From positions 26,721-90,720 of the forward strand of contig JBAYWF010000004.1 of the NCBI GenBank assembly GCA_041674205.1: a stretch of DNA of 64,000 bases, in the 5' to 3' direction. The DNA is from Parcubacteria group bacterium. Its GTDB lineage: Bacteria > Patescibacteriota > Minisyncoccia > Moranbacterales > UBA2206. The translations under genes and the position numbers were made by a program. Shown piece by piece: positions 1 through 8,646 of the stretch. Numbering within the stretch: the first letter of the stretch is position 1; every line of letters begins with the position of its first letter. Under the pieces are notes generated by a model, which searched no databases, was not told where the DNA came from, and saw only the letters and a list, made by a program, of their open reading frames with translations.

Positions 1-935
1 TGCGGAATTTCAACTAAGGTAAATTCTCCTTCAATTGTCTTTTGATATAATTCGACACTCGGCGTAGCGGAACCGAAAATGACTTTGCCTTTGTGTAATT
101 CAGCTAATTTTTCCGCCACGGTGCGCGCGTCATAGCGCGGATTCATATCCCATTGCTTGTGCGACATATCCTGTTCCTCATCCACCACGATCAAGCCTAA
201 CTTCTTGAACGGCGCGAAAACCGCCATACGCGTACCGATGATGATTTTGATTTCACCGGATTTGATTTTCTGCCATTGGGAATAATATCCACCCTTGGAG
301 ATTTTACTGGTCAGCACCGCGATCCGATCTAAGCCGAAATACTCACCATATCTTTCGATCGCTTGCGGGGTCAAAGCCAGTTCCGGCAGAAGGACGAGGG
401 CCTGCTCGTTCTCTTTGAGTTTCTTAATTGATTCGATATAAATTTCAGTCTTGCCGGAGCCGGCGGGACCATACAAGAGAAATTTTGAATTTTGAATTTT
501 AAATTTTAAAATCTTATTTATGGCATTTTTTTGTTCATCCGTAAGGATAATATTTCTTTTTGCGATAATTTCGTCACTTATCACTTGTTTCTTGCTTCTG
601 GTCTTTACCCTTTTCGGAATAAAGGATTTTAAAACTATCCCGAGCGGGGAGAAATAATAATCTGATATGAATCGCGCCAGCTCGATCTGTTTTTTGTCCA
701 AAAAGCCTTCTTCCAAAACTTTGGAAACTTTCTTGAGTTCGATATTGCCCAGCCGCTCGAAATCCGGCCGCTGGCCGGTCACGATCCCTTCCGCCATCCG
801 GCGGAAAAGCGGCACGGATACCAATGACCCGGTCGGGATTTCCGCGTCTGACAAATACGAAAAAGACTGGTTCCGCGAAAGGGGAATCCGGGCGATCGGC
901 ACGATATCGATGATGATTTTGGCAGACTTTTCCAT
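1..935 (-). CDS. priA: Primosomal protein N' (PriA) replication-restart helicase, N-terminal portion; C-terminal part lies beyond the window start
   Basis: Reverse-strand translation from the ATG at 935 gives MEKSAKIIIDIVPIARIPL..., then Walker A LLYGPAGSGKTEIY and DExH-like IVVDEEQD. Not in the ORF track because the frame is open to position 1. The +strand ORF 667-948 is its shadow. Confidence 0.8.
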   Translation of the reverse strand, partial: MEKSAKIIIDIVPIARIPLSRNQSFSYLSDAEIPTGSLVSVPLFRRMAEGIVTGQRPDFERLGNIELKKVSKVLEEGFLDKKQIELARFISDYYFSPLGIVLKSFIPKRVKTRSKKQVISDEIIAKRNIILTDEQKNAINKILKFKIQNSKFLLYGPAGSGKTEIYIESIKKLKENEQALVLLPELALTPQAIERYGEYFGLDRIAVLTSKISKGGYYSQWQKIKSGEIKIIIGTRMAVFAPFKKLGLIVVDEEQDMSHKQWDMNPRYDARTVAEKLAELHKGKVIFGSATPSVELYQKTIEGEFTLVEIP

Positions 936-1052
936 AAGCCTATTCTAGCAATTTCGCAAAAACTCCGCCAATGATATTGATAAAGACCGTAAAATTAAAA
1001 CAAGCGGGGCATTCCTAGTGCTCCCGCTTGGGTTGTGCAGCGCGATGGCTGA

Positions 1053-1721
1053 CTATATTGTCAATTCCGACAAAATATCCCTATGTGTATCTGCGAAAAT
1101 CCCGTTGCACTGATACCATTCGGCGCTATTGTCCTTGCTGTGAGAGGGCATTCCTGCTATGAGTGAATTTGCCGTCACGATCCTGAATCCATGATGGATA
1201 GCGCTTAATCCGGTAGATTTAACGCAATAATCGGCATTGATACCCATAAGTAATACGGTTTTTATCCGAAGTTCCAATAGGCATTTTTCCAATCCAGGAT
1301 TCGTAAAACCGTTATTCAGACACTTTTGGATAATTATGCACTTTGGGATTTTTTTCGCTTTCCGCATCAATTTCTTATGGGTCCTTCCATATCCTTCGTA
1401 TTCCAGTATTATCAGAGGGATTGAATTCAAACGGCAATATTCAAGGACTTGCACCTGATTTTTAATCAATTTTTTTTGAGTCCGATGCGAAATGCATTCA
1501 AGAAATCCTGCTTGCATGTCGATCAAAATTACCGCCCATCGATTCTTCCCCCCCCAAACATATAACCTTAAAACCAATTTCCATAGATTCAATAATGCAT
1601 CAGCCATTGAAGCTCCTCCTTTATCGATGTTAGATCCGGGTGTTTTACAATTCAGTAGATATGACTGTTTTTTGTCAAAGGGCCAGTTTACAAATATGGC
1701 ACGCATCTTACTTGAAGTCAA
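1053..1721 (-). CDS. Isochorismatase-family (cysteine hydrolase) protein; true start may be an internal Met (MADALLN..., about 1607)
   Basis: Motifs VILIDMQAGF and TVLLMGINADYCVKSTG are typical of the isochorismatase-like hydrolase fold. Confidence 0.65.
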   Translation of the reverse strand: MTSSKMRAIFVNWPFDKKQSYLLNCKTPGSNIDKGGASMADALLNLWKLVLRLYVWGGKNRWAVILIDMQAGFLECISHRTQKKLIKNQVQVLEYCRLNSIPLIILEYEGYGRTHKKLMRKAKKIPKCIIIQKCLNNGFTNPGLEKCLLELRIKTVLLMGINADYCVKSTGLSAIHHGFRIVTANSLIAGMPSHSKDNSAEWYQCNGIFADTHRDILSELTI

Positions 1722-1780
1722 ATGCTATTGCGAATACTATGTAAAAGCAGGCTTCCCCGGTTTTTTTGATCGTAACAAGA

Positions 1781-1848
1781 CGGGGTCCGGGCGATCGGTA
1801 CGATATCGATGATTTTGGCAGATTTTTTCACAATCTTATTCTACTGAG
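1781..1848. repeat. Decayed duplicate of the priA 5-prime end/start region (copy of about 881-950)
   Basis: ggtccgggcgatcggtacgatatcgatgattttggcagattttttcacaatcttattcta matches gaatccgggcgatcggcacgatatcgatgatgattttggcagacttttccataagcctattcta at 881-948, apart from small indels. Confidence 0.7.
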
Positions 1849-1968
1849 TTTAAGGGCAGTCCGCCAATTGCCAAACATATGCGATTTAAACGGCCAAATC
1901 GGCGATTTAGCCGTTGATTTTTGGGTGGGAATGGGATAGGATAGGAATATAGGCAAGTATTTTTGAAC

Positions 1969-2040
1969 CATACTATGGACATCGAAAAAGAAATTGGAAT
2001 CATCAAAGAAAGAAACAAGCGGGTCGAAGCCGGGATAATT
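1969..2040 (+). repeat. Truncated duplicate of the 5-prime end of the small-membrane-protein gene at 2808 (MDIEKEIGIIKERNKRVE...)
   Basis: The first ~47 nt (atggacatcgaaaaagaaattggaatcatcaaagaaagaaacaagcg) are identical to 2808-2854. The copy ends in a stop after 23 codons. Confidence 0.75.
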
Positions 2041-2057
2041 TAAGAAATAAAAAAACT

Positions 2058-2771
2058 ATGTTTAAAATAGATCTGCACACACATACGATTGCCAGTGGCC
2101 ACGCCTTCGGCACAATCCAAGAAAATGCCAGGGAGGCCAAAAATAAAGGCATTGAGCTTCTGGGTATTTCCGATCATGCCCCGACCGGATCAGGCGCTCC
2201 GTCGGAAGCGTATTTCAGGGTTGGCAAAAGGTTACCGAAAGAAATTGAAGGCGTGCGAGTTTTGTTCGGGGTCGAGGCTAATATCATAAGCGATGCTGGC
2301 GGATTGGATCTGCCGGAAAAAATCTTGGAGAGGTTGGATTTCGTTATGGCCGGGTTCCATGACTGCTGTTTTGAGGATCAAGGGATGGAGAGGAATACCG
2401 AAGCCTTGGTCAAAGCCATGCAAAATCCTTATGTAAAAATAATTTCCCATCCCTACGTTTCAAAATTCGTAGTCGATATGGAAAGGATCGCACTGGAATC
2501 AATCAAAAGCAACGTACTCTTGGAAATAAATGCTTCCTATTTCTACAAAGGCCAGATAGTGGATGAGGGAATTTGGAATAGGATGAAAAAAATGGTTGAG
2601 GTTTTGAAAAATAATGATCAAAAGATCCTCGTCGGTTCTGACGCGCATACCCCATGGGAAGTAGGAAAGTTCGAGGATGTCGTAAGTAACTTGAAAGAAT
2701 TGGGAATTGATGAAAGTGACCTATGGAACGATGATGTCGAAGGCATGTTGGCATTTCTAGGTAAGGAATAA
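2058..2771 (+). CDS. PHP-domain phosphoesterase (histidinol-phosphatase/YcdX-like metal-dependent phosphatase family)
   Basis: N-terminal DLHTHTIASGHA, internal GISDHAP and C-terminal GSDAHT metal-binding His/Asp motifs of the PHP domain. Confidence 0.7.
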   Translation: MFKIDLHTHTIASGHAFGTIQENAREAKNKGIELLGISDHAPTGSGAPSEAYFRVGKRLPKEIEGVRVLFGVEANIISDAGGLDLPEKILERLDFVMAGFHDCCFEDQGMERNTEALVKAMQNPYVKIISHPYVSKFVVDMERIALESIKSNVLLEINASYFYKGQIVDEGIWNRMKKMVEVLKNNDQKILVGSDAHTPWEVGKFEDVVSNLKELGIDESDLWNDDVEGMLAFLGKE

Positions 2772-2807
2772 TTTTTTTGTAAAAATTATCAGTAAAATAA
2801 ATATCCG

Positions 2808-3059
2808 ATGGACATCGAAAAAGAAATTGGAATCATCAAAGAAAGAAACAAGCGTGTCGAATCGGACAAGGGTTGGGAAACCAGCTGGACGCGCCGGCTT
2901 TTTATCGCGGCGGTGACTTACGTGATCGCGCTCGCTTGGATGGTCATCATCCACGAAACCATCCCATATCTCAAAGCGGTCGTGCCGGTGGCGGGCTACA
3001 TCCTCTCGACTTTGTCATTGCCGGTGGTGAAAAGATGGTGGGTGAGCAAGACTAGCTAA
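2808..3059 (+). CDS. Small membrane protein (two predicted TM helices), function unknown
   Basis: Hydrophobic stretches LFIAAVTYVIALAWMVII and VVPVAGYILSTLSL. Its 5-prime end is duplicated at 1969. Confidence 0.45.
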   Translation: MDIEKEIGIIKERNKRVESDKGWETSWTRRLFIAAVTYVIALAWMVIIHETIPYLKAVVPVAGYILSTLSLPVVKRWWVSKTS

Positions 3060-3080
3060 GTTGTTAAATTTGTAAAGGAT

Positions 3081-3953
3081 ATGAAAATTGATACTAAAAA
3101 ATTAAATAATGGATTCGAGATGTCGGTTTTTGGAATTGGAACATGGGAAATGGGCGGTCGCACTGAAAGAGATGAAAATTATACAAATGAAGAGAAAGAT
3201 ATTTCGGCTCTGCAAACAGCGATAAAGATGGGCGTCAATCGTTTCGATACCGCCGAGGTGTATGCGCAGGGATATTCAGAAGAAATTTTAGGCAAAGCGA
3301 TAAGAGATTTTGACAGGGGAAAATTATTTATTGTTTCTAAGGTATCTAATCCTAATTTGCAATATGATAATGTAATAAGATCAGCTAAGAATACCCTAAA
3401 AAGATTAGGGACTGATTACTTGGATTTATATTTGATTCATGCGCCTAATCCGGATATTCCAATTGAAGAAACGATGCGCGCGCTTGATTATCTTAAAGAG
3501 AGGGGGTTGATAAAAAATATCGGGGTATGTAATTTTGGAGTTGAAAGCCTTGAAAAGGCGCAATCGGTAACAAAAAATAAAATTGTTTTGAATCAAGTTC
3601 ATTATAATTTAATTTTCAGGGAACCTGTTTTGGCTGGAGTTTTAGAATATTGTCAAAATAATGATGTTTTTCTAGAGGCTTGGAGACCTCTGCAAAAAGG
3701 AGATTTGACGCATTCCGGCATAACAATTTTAGATGAAATATGTGAAAAATATAACAAAACCCAATCGCAAATTGCAATAAACTGGTTGATTTCACAAAAA
3801 AATGTTATCACTCTGACAAAAACGAGCAATCTGGAGCACCTGGAAGATGATCTTGGCGCTTTGGGTTGGGGGATGGAGGAAAATGATGTCAAATTGCTAA
3901 TGGAAAAATTTCCAATCCAGCTTGATAGATCTAATGCTGTTCGATTAGGATAA
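3081..3953 (+). CDS. Aldo/keto reductase family oxidoreductase
   Basis: FGIGTWEMGG, RFDTAEVYAQGYSEEILGKAI and LIHAPNP are characteristic AKR motifs. Confidence 0.8.
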   Translation: MKIDTKKLNNGFEMSVFGIGTWEMGGRTERDENYTNEEKDISALQTAIKMGVNRFDTAEVYAQGYSEEILGKAIRDFDRGKLFIVSKVSNPNLQYDNVIRSAKNTLKRLGTDYLDLYLIHAPNPDIPIEETMRALDYLKERGLIKNIGVCNFGVESLEKAQSVTKNKIVLNQVHYNLIFREPVLAGVLEYCQNNDVFLEAWRPLQKGDLTHSGITILDEICEKYNKTQSQIAINWLISQKNVITLTKTSNLEHLEDDLGALGWGMEENDVKLLMEKFPIQLDRSNAVRLG

Positions 3954-3986
3954 ATCATATAATTTATGTATTTGTTGAAAAAATAA

Positions 3987-4877
3987 ATGCGGACTGAACT
4001 AACGCAGGAACGGAAAGGCGAGCTTATCATTTTATCGGAGGGTGTCTTATGGAGCTTGTTTCCCGTTGTCACGATCCTGTCACTGAAAACCGTGGCACCA
4101 TTGCTATCTTTGGCTTGGAGCACGCTTTTCGCAGCCATATTCTTTGGTATAGTTTTGTTTTTCAAGAATGGTTGGGGAAAATTAAAAGATAAATCAGCTA
4201 TAAAAGATATTCTTTTGGCAACGCTTATATTAGGCGTCATATTTTATCTATTGTTTTTTTCAGGCTTGCACTACACGACAGCTGGCAATGCAAGCCTGAT
4301 CGGTTTGACGGAAATATTTTTCAGTTTTCTCTTTTTCAATATTTGGCACAAGGAATATTTTTCCAAGGATCACATCATCGGGGCGGTTCTGATGCTGGTC
4401 GGGGCGGCTGTCGTCCTATATCCGAATGTCCATAGCCTTCAGATAGGCGACCTGTTGATTTTAGCGGCGGCTTTCATCGCGCCTTTAGGTAATTTTTTTC
4501 AAAAAAGAGCTAGAAAAAAAGTCAGCAGTGAATCGATTTTATTTATCAGAAGTTCCATAAGCGCGCTCGTCATATTCATACTCGCATATTTTTCCCGAGT
4601 TGATTTTTCAGCGATCAACCTGGATAAAACGTTTATCTTCTTGCTTGTTAATGGATTTTTTTTGCTCGGACTTTCTAAATTGCTTTGGATAGAGGGTATC
4701 CATAGGATCAGCGTGACCAAGGCAAACGCATTAAATAGCGTGACGCCATTGCTGACATTATTGTTCGCCTGGATGCTCCTAGGAAACATCCCAACTAGAT
4801 TCCAATTACTAGCATTTATCCCGATGTTTTTTGGAATCATATTGTTAAGCAGGAATAAAAAAATAAGTATAAATTAG
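3987..4877 (+). CDS. EamA/DMT-superfamily transporter
   Basis: About 10 hydrophobic helices in two halves, typical of drug/metabolite transporter duplication. Confidence 0.6.
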   Translation: MRTELTQERKGELIILSEGVLWSLFPVVTILSLKTVAPLLSLAWSTLFAAIFFGIVLFFKNGWGKLKDKSAIKDILLATLILGVIFYLLFFSGLHYTTAGNASLIGLTEIFFSFLFFNIWHKEYFSKDHIIGAVLMLVGAAVVLYPNVHSLQIGDLLILAAAFIAPLGNFFQKRARKKVSSESILFIRSSISALVIFILAYFSRVDFSAINLDKTFIFLLVNGFFLLGLSKLLWIEGIHRISVTKANALNSVTPLLTLLFAWMLLGNIPTRFQLLAFIPMFFGIILLSRNKKISIN

Positions 4878-4879
4878 AT

Positions 4880-5305
4880 ATGCAAAATGTAATTTTAAAT
4901 ATTCCCGATTGCTTCTATCGCATCAGCGTCAAGGCTTTGATTCTGGATGAGGAAAAAAGATTCTTGCTAGTGCTGGAAAATAAAGGATTGTGGGAATTTC
5001 CCGGCGGGGGATTGGATTTCGGCGAGAAGCCGGCCGAGTGCCTGGCACGGGAGATCAAAGAAGAAATGGGATTGGAAGTTATCCATATCAGCGAAAAACC
5101 GGCATATTTCTTAACCACTCCGGTCAGAAACGGACAATGGTGGACTGGTAACATGATTTACGAAACGGAAGTCAAAAACTTGGATTTCACGCCGTCTGAT
5201 GAATGCGTGGAGCTGAGATTTTTCACCAAAGAAGAAGCTTTGCAAGAAAATCTTTTTCCCAATATCCGGGAATTCGTAAAAATGTATGATCCTGGAAATC
5301 ACTGA
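4880..5305 (+). CDS. NUDIX hydrolase
   Basis: Nudix box GGGLDFGEKPAECLAREIKEEMGLEV matches GX5EX7REUXEEXGU. Confidence 0.8.
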   Translation: MQNVILNIPDCFYRISVKALILDEEKRFLLVLENKGLWEFPGGGLDFGEKPAECLAREIKEEMGLEVIHISEKPAYFLTTPVRNGQWWTGNMIYETEVKNLDFTPSDECVELRFFTKEEALQENLFPNIREFVKMYDPGNH

Positions 5306-5349
5306 AAAGACCGCGAATCCTTGCTTTTCGGCTTCAAATAGGCTAGAAT

Positions 5350-5943
5350 TTGGATATGAAAAGGAAAATATTCATCAGTATAAACCTGCCCAACCGGACG
5401 AAAAAACGCCTTGTCAAAGCCACGGAAGCTTGGCAGCCTGCCCAGACAGGGCCCGACCGTCCAGAGCCTGCCCAGCCAGGGGATTTGCCGGTCAAGTGGA
5501 ACAAAGAGGAAAATTTGCACATAACCTTGCTTTTCTTGGGTTTCGTGGATGATGATTCGACCTATGCGGTATGCGAGAAAGTCGCCAAGATAAGCGAAAA
5601 TAGCGAGATTTTCGATATCGAATTCGATTCGATCGGACTGGGACCGACCGCGGAAGACGCGCGGATGGTTTGGGTTTCCGGGCAAGCCAATGAAGAACTG
5701 AGAAGCCTAGTTGAAAAAATCGAAAAAGAATTGGGCATTTTCACCAGCTCCAAAAAAGAATTCCGCCCGCACATCACTTTGGGCAAGATCCGTAAAAACA
5801 AATGGGATGAGCTGGCTGAAAAACCGGAGATTAAAAAAGATTTTCCATTGGTAGTTTCAGTGGAAAGCGTGGACGTGATGGCGAGCAATTTCGAAGGGGA
5901 TGGGATGGAATATACCATCATCGAAAGTTGCGAATTAAATTAA
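5350..5943 (+). CDS. 2H-phosphoesterase family protein (LigT/ThpR-like RNA 2',3'-cyclic phosphodiesterase / 2'-5' RNA ligase)
   Basis: Two H-x-T-x motifs (HITLLF and HITLGK) in two pseudo-symmetric halves. Contains a GC-rich, internally repeated insertion (WQPAQTGPDRPEPAQPGD). Confidence 0.7.
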   Translation: MDMKRKIFISINLPNRTKKRLVKATEAWQPAQTGPDRPEPAQPGDLPVKWNKEENLHITLLFLGFVDDDSTYAVCEKVAKISENSEIFDIEFDSIGLGPTAEDARMVWVSGQANEELRSLVEKIEKELGIFTSSKKEFRPHITLGKIRKNKWDELAEKPEIKKDFPLVVSVESVDVMASNFEGDGMEYTIIESCELN

Positions 5944-5950
5944 GGCTTGC

Positions 5951-6661
5951 ATGGATATTTTAGGAGTTAAAATTGATAATCTTAGCCGCAAGGATATTTC
6001 GGATAAAGTATGGTTTTTTTTACAAGAAGAGAAATTCCATCAAGTGGCTACCGTCAATCCGGAATTCATCTTGCAGGCCCAGGAAGACGGGGGATTTAAA
6101 AATATTTTAAATGGGTGCGATTTGAATGTCGCTGACGGTGTCGGCATCCGGTTCGCGTCCTTGCGCTTCGGCAAATATTTGAAAAGCCGGATGGCGGGGA
6201 TCGACTTGATGTCGGAAATCCTGAGGTTGGCGGATAAAAACAACCTGTCGGTGTTTCTGGGGAGCTATGGCGGCGCGTTGAGTGGCTGGGAGGAAACCCG
6301 CGAGGCTATTTTAAAGGAATATCCCAAATTGAAAATCAGCGGGGCTACCCTGGACAAGGAAGGCGCCGGTTACGGATTGCGAGTTGCGGATCACGAGGTT
6401 GTATTTTTCAATTTCGGCGCGCCTGCTCAAGAAAAATTCCTGCACTCGCTAAAAAACCAAGAAAATAGTAAAATACGGTTAGCGATGGGCGTGGGCGGGA
6501 GCTTCGATTTTTTGACCGGTAAAATAAAAAGGGCGCCTGCTTTTATTAGGAAAACAGGGCTTGAGTGGCTATGGCGGTTTTTGCAGGAGCCGGGTTATCG
6601 CGCCAAAAGGATTTTCCGAGCGGTCATAATTTTCCCAATCAAAGTTTTGTTCAATAAATAA
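5951..6661 (+). CDS. WecB/TagA/CpsF-family glycosyltransferase (N-acetylmannosaminyltransferase-like)
   Basis: VATVNPEF, CDLNVADGVGI and EWLWRFLQEP are WecG/TagA family hallmarks. Confidence 0.75.
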   Translation: MDILGVKIDNLSRKDISDKVWFFLQEEKFHQVATVNPEFILQAQEDGGFKNILNGCDLNVADGVGIRFASLRFGKYLKSRMAGIDLMSEILRLADKNNLSVFLGSYGGALSGWEETREAILKEYPKLKISGATLDKEGAGYGLRVADHEVVFFNFGAPAQEKFLHSLKNQENSKIRLAMGVGGSFDFLTGKIKRAPAFIRKTGLEWLWRFLQEPGYRAKRIFRAVIIFPIKVLFNK

Positions 6662-6679
6662 TTTTTTAATAACAAAAAT

Positions 6680-7090
6680 ATGACCGACAAAGTGAAGTTG
6701 ATCCGCACCATCTATTTGTATCTGGCCGTGGCGGTGAGTCTTATTTTCACCGGCATCGGCGCCGGGACGCTGTTGAATACCGGGTTGAAATATTATCTTT
6801 TCCCGAAAGCGGAAAAGGGCGGATATAGCCAGTGCAACCAACAGCCGCCGGTCTATGCTTTGGATAAAAACAGCTATGCCGGCGTGGCTACGGCGGATCA
6901 AAAAATCCAACTGGAAAATCTCCTGCGCGACTACGACCAATGGAAAACCGCCAATACCGGCGAAGAATGTTATAGCGCTGAGCGCCAATCGAACGTGGTG
7001 GATGCCTTGACGATGATCGTCATAGCCCTGCCGATTTTGTTGGTGCATTGGAGAGTAATCAAAAAAGAAAAGTCGGAAAAAAGCGCATGA
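6680..7090 (+). CDS. Hypothetical membrane protein
   Basis: N- and C-terminal TM segments. No recognisable catalytic motif. Confidence 0.4.
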   Translation: MTDKVKLIRTIYLYLAVAVSLIFTGIGAGTLLNTGLKYYLFPKAEKGGYSQCNQQPPVYALDKNSYAGVATADQKIQLENLLRDYDQWKTANTGEECYSAERQSNVVDALTMIVIALPILLVHWRVIKKEKSEKSA

Positions 7091-7176
7091 TAATGCTGAT
7101 CATAATCGCAGTCCTTATTTTCATCGCCGGAAGCGCGTGGATAATTTTTAGTAAGAATGGGGAATAAATAAAAACT

Positions 7177-8625
7177 ATGCCAGAAAAAAATGTGTTCAAG
7201 GGGACTATCAGTCAGAACTTCGAATCGCTCGACAAGCAGGCTGTCCAAGTGGAAAAGTATGAGAAGGGCGAAGCATTCGATTTTTACGCCCGCTATGGCT
7301 ATTTGAAACTGGCGGAGCGTGAGAAGGAATTTTCCGAGATGATGGGGTCGGCAGACTGCGCTTTGTTCAATGACGGTATGGCCGCGATCGATACCGCGAT
7401 CGAAGCCGAGGGATTGAAAAACGGAGACGTGGTCATATGTGCCAAGGAAATGTATGAACAATCCAATGCGATAGTGGATACGCTGAAAAACAGAGGGGTC
7501 GAGGTGGTCGCGGTGGATCCGGGAAATATGGAAGAAATCGCGGAAGTCGTGGAAATGAAAAAGCCCAGGTTGATTTTCCTTGAAAGTGTCGCGAATTCCC
7601 AAGATATGCAAGTTTGCGACATAAAGCGGTTGATGTCTATCTCCGAGAGTGCCAATCAGGATTACCGGGAAAATCTCACTTCGGAAAAATTGATTGAAAA
7701 ATATTTTTCCATCAAGCGCTATCCGCTTGCAGGCGGCGCAAACGATCAACAGGGCCCTTCGGTTGGAGAAACCCATGATTCCAAGGCGGGATCCGAACTG
7801 GGAAATTTAAAGAAAATGTTGTCCAAAGAAATCAGTGAATTCGAAGAGGGCAATAACCCGTTCGTTTTCCGCAAAGCCTTGCGGGAATTTGAACGACAAA
7901 CAGGTTGTGACAGGGAAGAATCGATCAGGGAAATTTCCAAAGCGGTGCGATACGTCCGAAAAAATAGCCGGGAAAAATTATCCGTCATCATCGACAATAC
8001 CTTGCCATCGCCGGTCCTGTATAATCCGTTGGAAGACGCGAAAGGCAGTCCTGTCGAATTGGTCATCGTGGAAAGCGCGACAAAACACTACCAAGTAGGC
8101 CGGGACAAGATCACTATGGGTATCGCGTATTCCGATAGCGCGGAGAAAATAAAGGAGATAAAAAAAATCCGGGCTATGATCGGAAGCTATTTGCAGCCGA
8201 TCGCGGAAAAAGAGATACCCAAGGACTTGATAGGAATTATGCCGGAAATCATGAAACGCCACGCTGAAAACGCCCTTGAGTTGGCGAAAATGCTGAGCGG
8301 AAGCGGGAAAGTGGGCGAGGTCGAACATCCGAACCTACCTGAACATGCCCAGAGCGAGTTAGCCAAAGAAATCGCGCCGGAAGGCCTTGTCACGCTCTTC
8401 AATATCAAGATAACCGATGCGCCCCGATTCGTGAAAACCTTGAAAGAAATCGCCGGTGACAAAATCGGCCTGGGAGGAAGTTTCGGACATCCGAAGACCT
8501 GGGTACTGAGCCTGGGGGAATATTGGCCGGAAAGGATCCGGATAGCCGCCGGTAGAGAAACGGAAAAAGAGTTCAAGGAAGTTTTGGATATTTTCAAAAA
8601 AGCCCTGGAAACATACGAAACATAA
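7177..8625 (+). CDS. Cys/Met-metabolism PLP-dependent enzyme family protein (cystathionine gamma-synthase/lyase-like), divergent, with a large internal insertion
   Basis: N-terminal half (YARYGYLKLAEREKEFSEMMGSADCALFNDGMAAIDTAIEA...VVAVDPGNMEEIAEVV...LIFLESVANSQDMQVCDI) aligns by eye with the Cys/Met PLP fold. VIVESATKHY supplies the S-x-T-K PLP-lysine motif. About 150 aa of acidic/lysine-rich sequence separates the two halves. Confidence 0.55.
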   Translation: MPEKNVFKGTISQNFESLDKQAVQVEKYEKGEAFDFYARYGYLKLAEREKEFSEMMGSADCALFNDGMAAIDTAIEAEGLKNGDVVICAKEMYEQSNAIVDTLKNRGVEVVAVDPGNMEEIAEVVEMKKPRLIFLESVANSQDMQVCDIKRLMSISESANQDYRENLTSEKLIEKYFSIKRYPLAGGANDQQGPSVGETHDSKAGSELGNLKKMLSKEISEFEEGNNPFVFRKALREFERQTGCDREESIREISKAVRYVRKNSREKLSVIIDNTLPSPVLYNPLEDAKGSPVELVIVESATKHYQVGRDKITMGIAYSDSAEKIKEIKKIRAMIGSYLQPIAEKEIPKDLIGIMPEIMKRHAENALELAKMLSGSGKVGEVEHPNLPEHAQSELAKEIAPEGLVTLFNIKITDAPRFVKTLKEIAGDKIGLGGSFGHPKTWVLSLGEYWPERIRIAAGRETEKEFKEVLDIFKKALETYET

Positions 8626-8646
8626 GCTGATTAGTAATAAAAAAAT

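Noticed and set aside
667-948. +strand 93-aa ORF at the window start
   Set aside because: It lies entirely inside the minus-strand priA coding sequence, whose translation is an unambiguous PriA N-terminus. It is an antisense shadow ORF.
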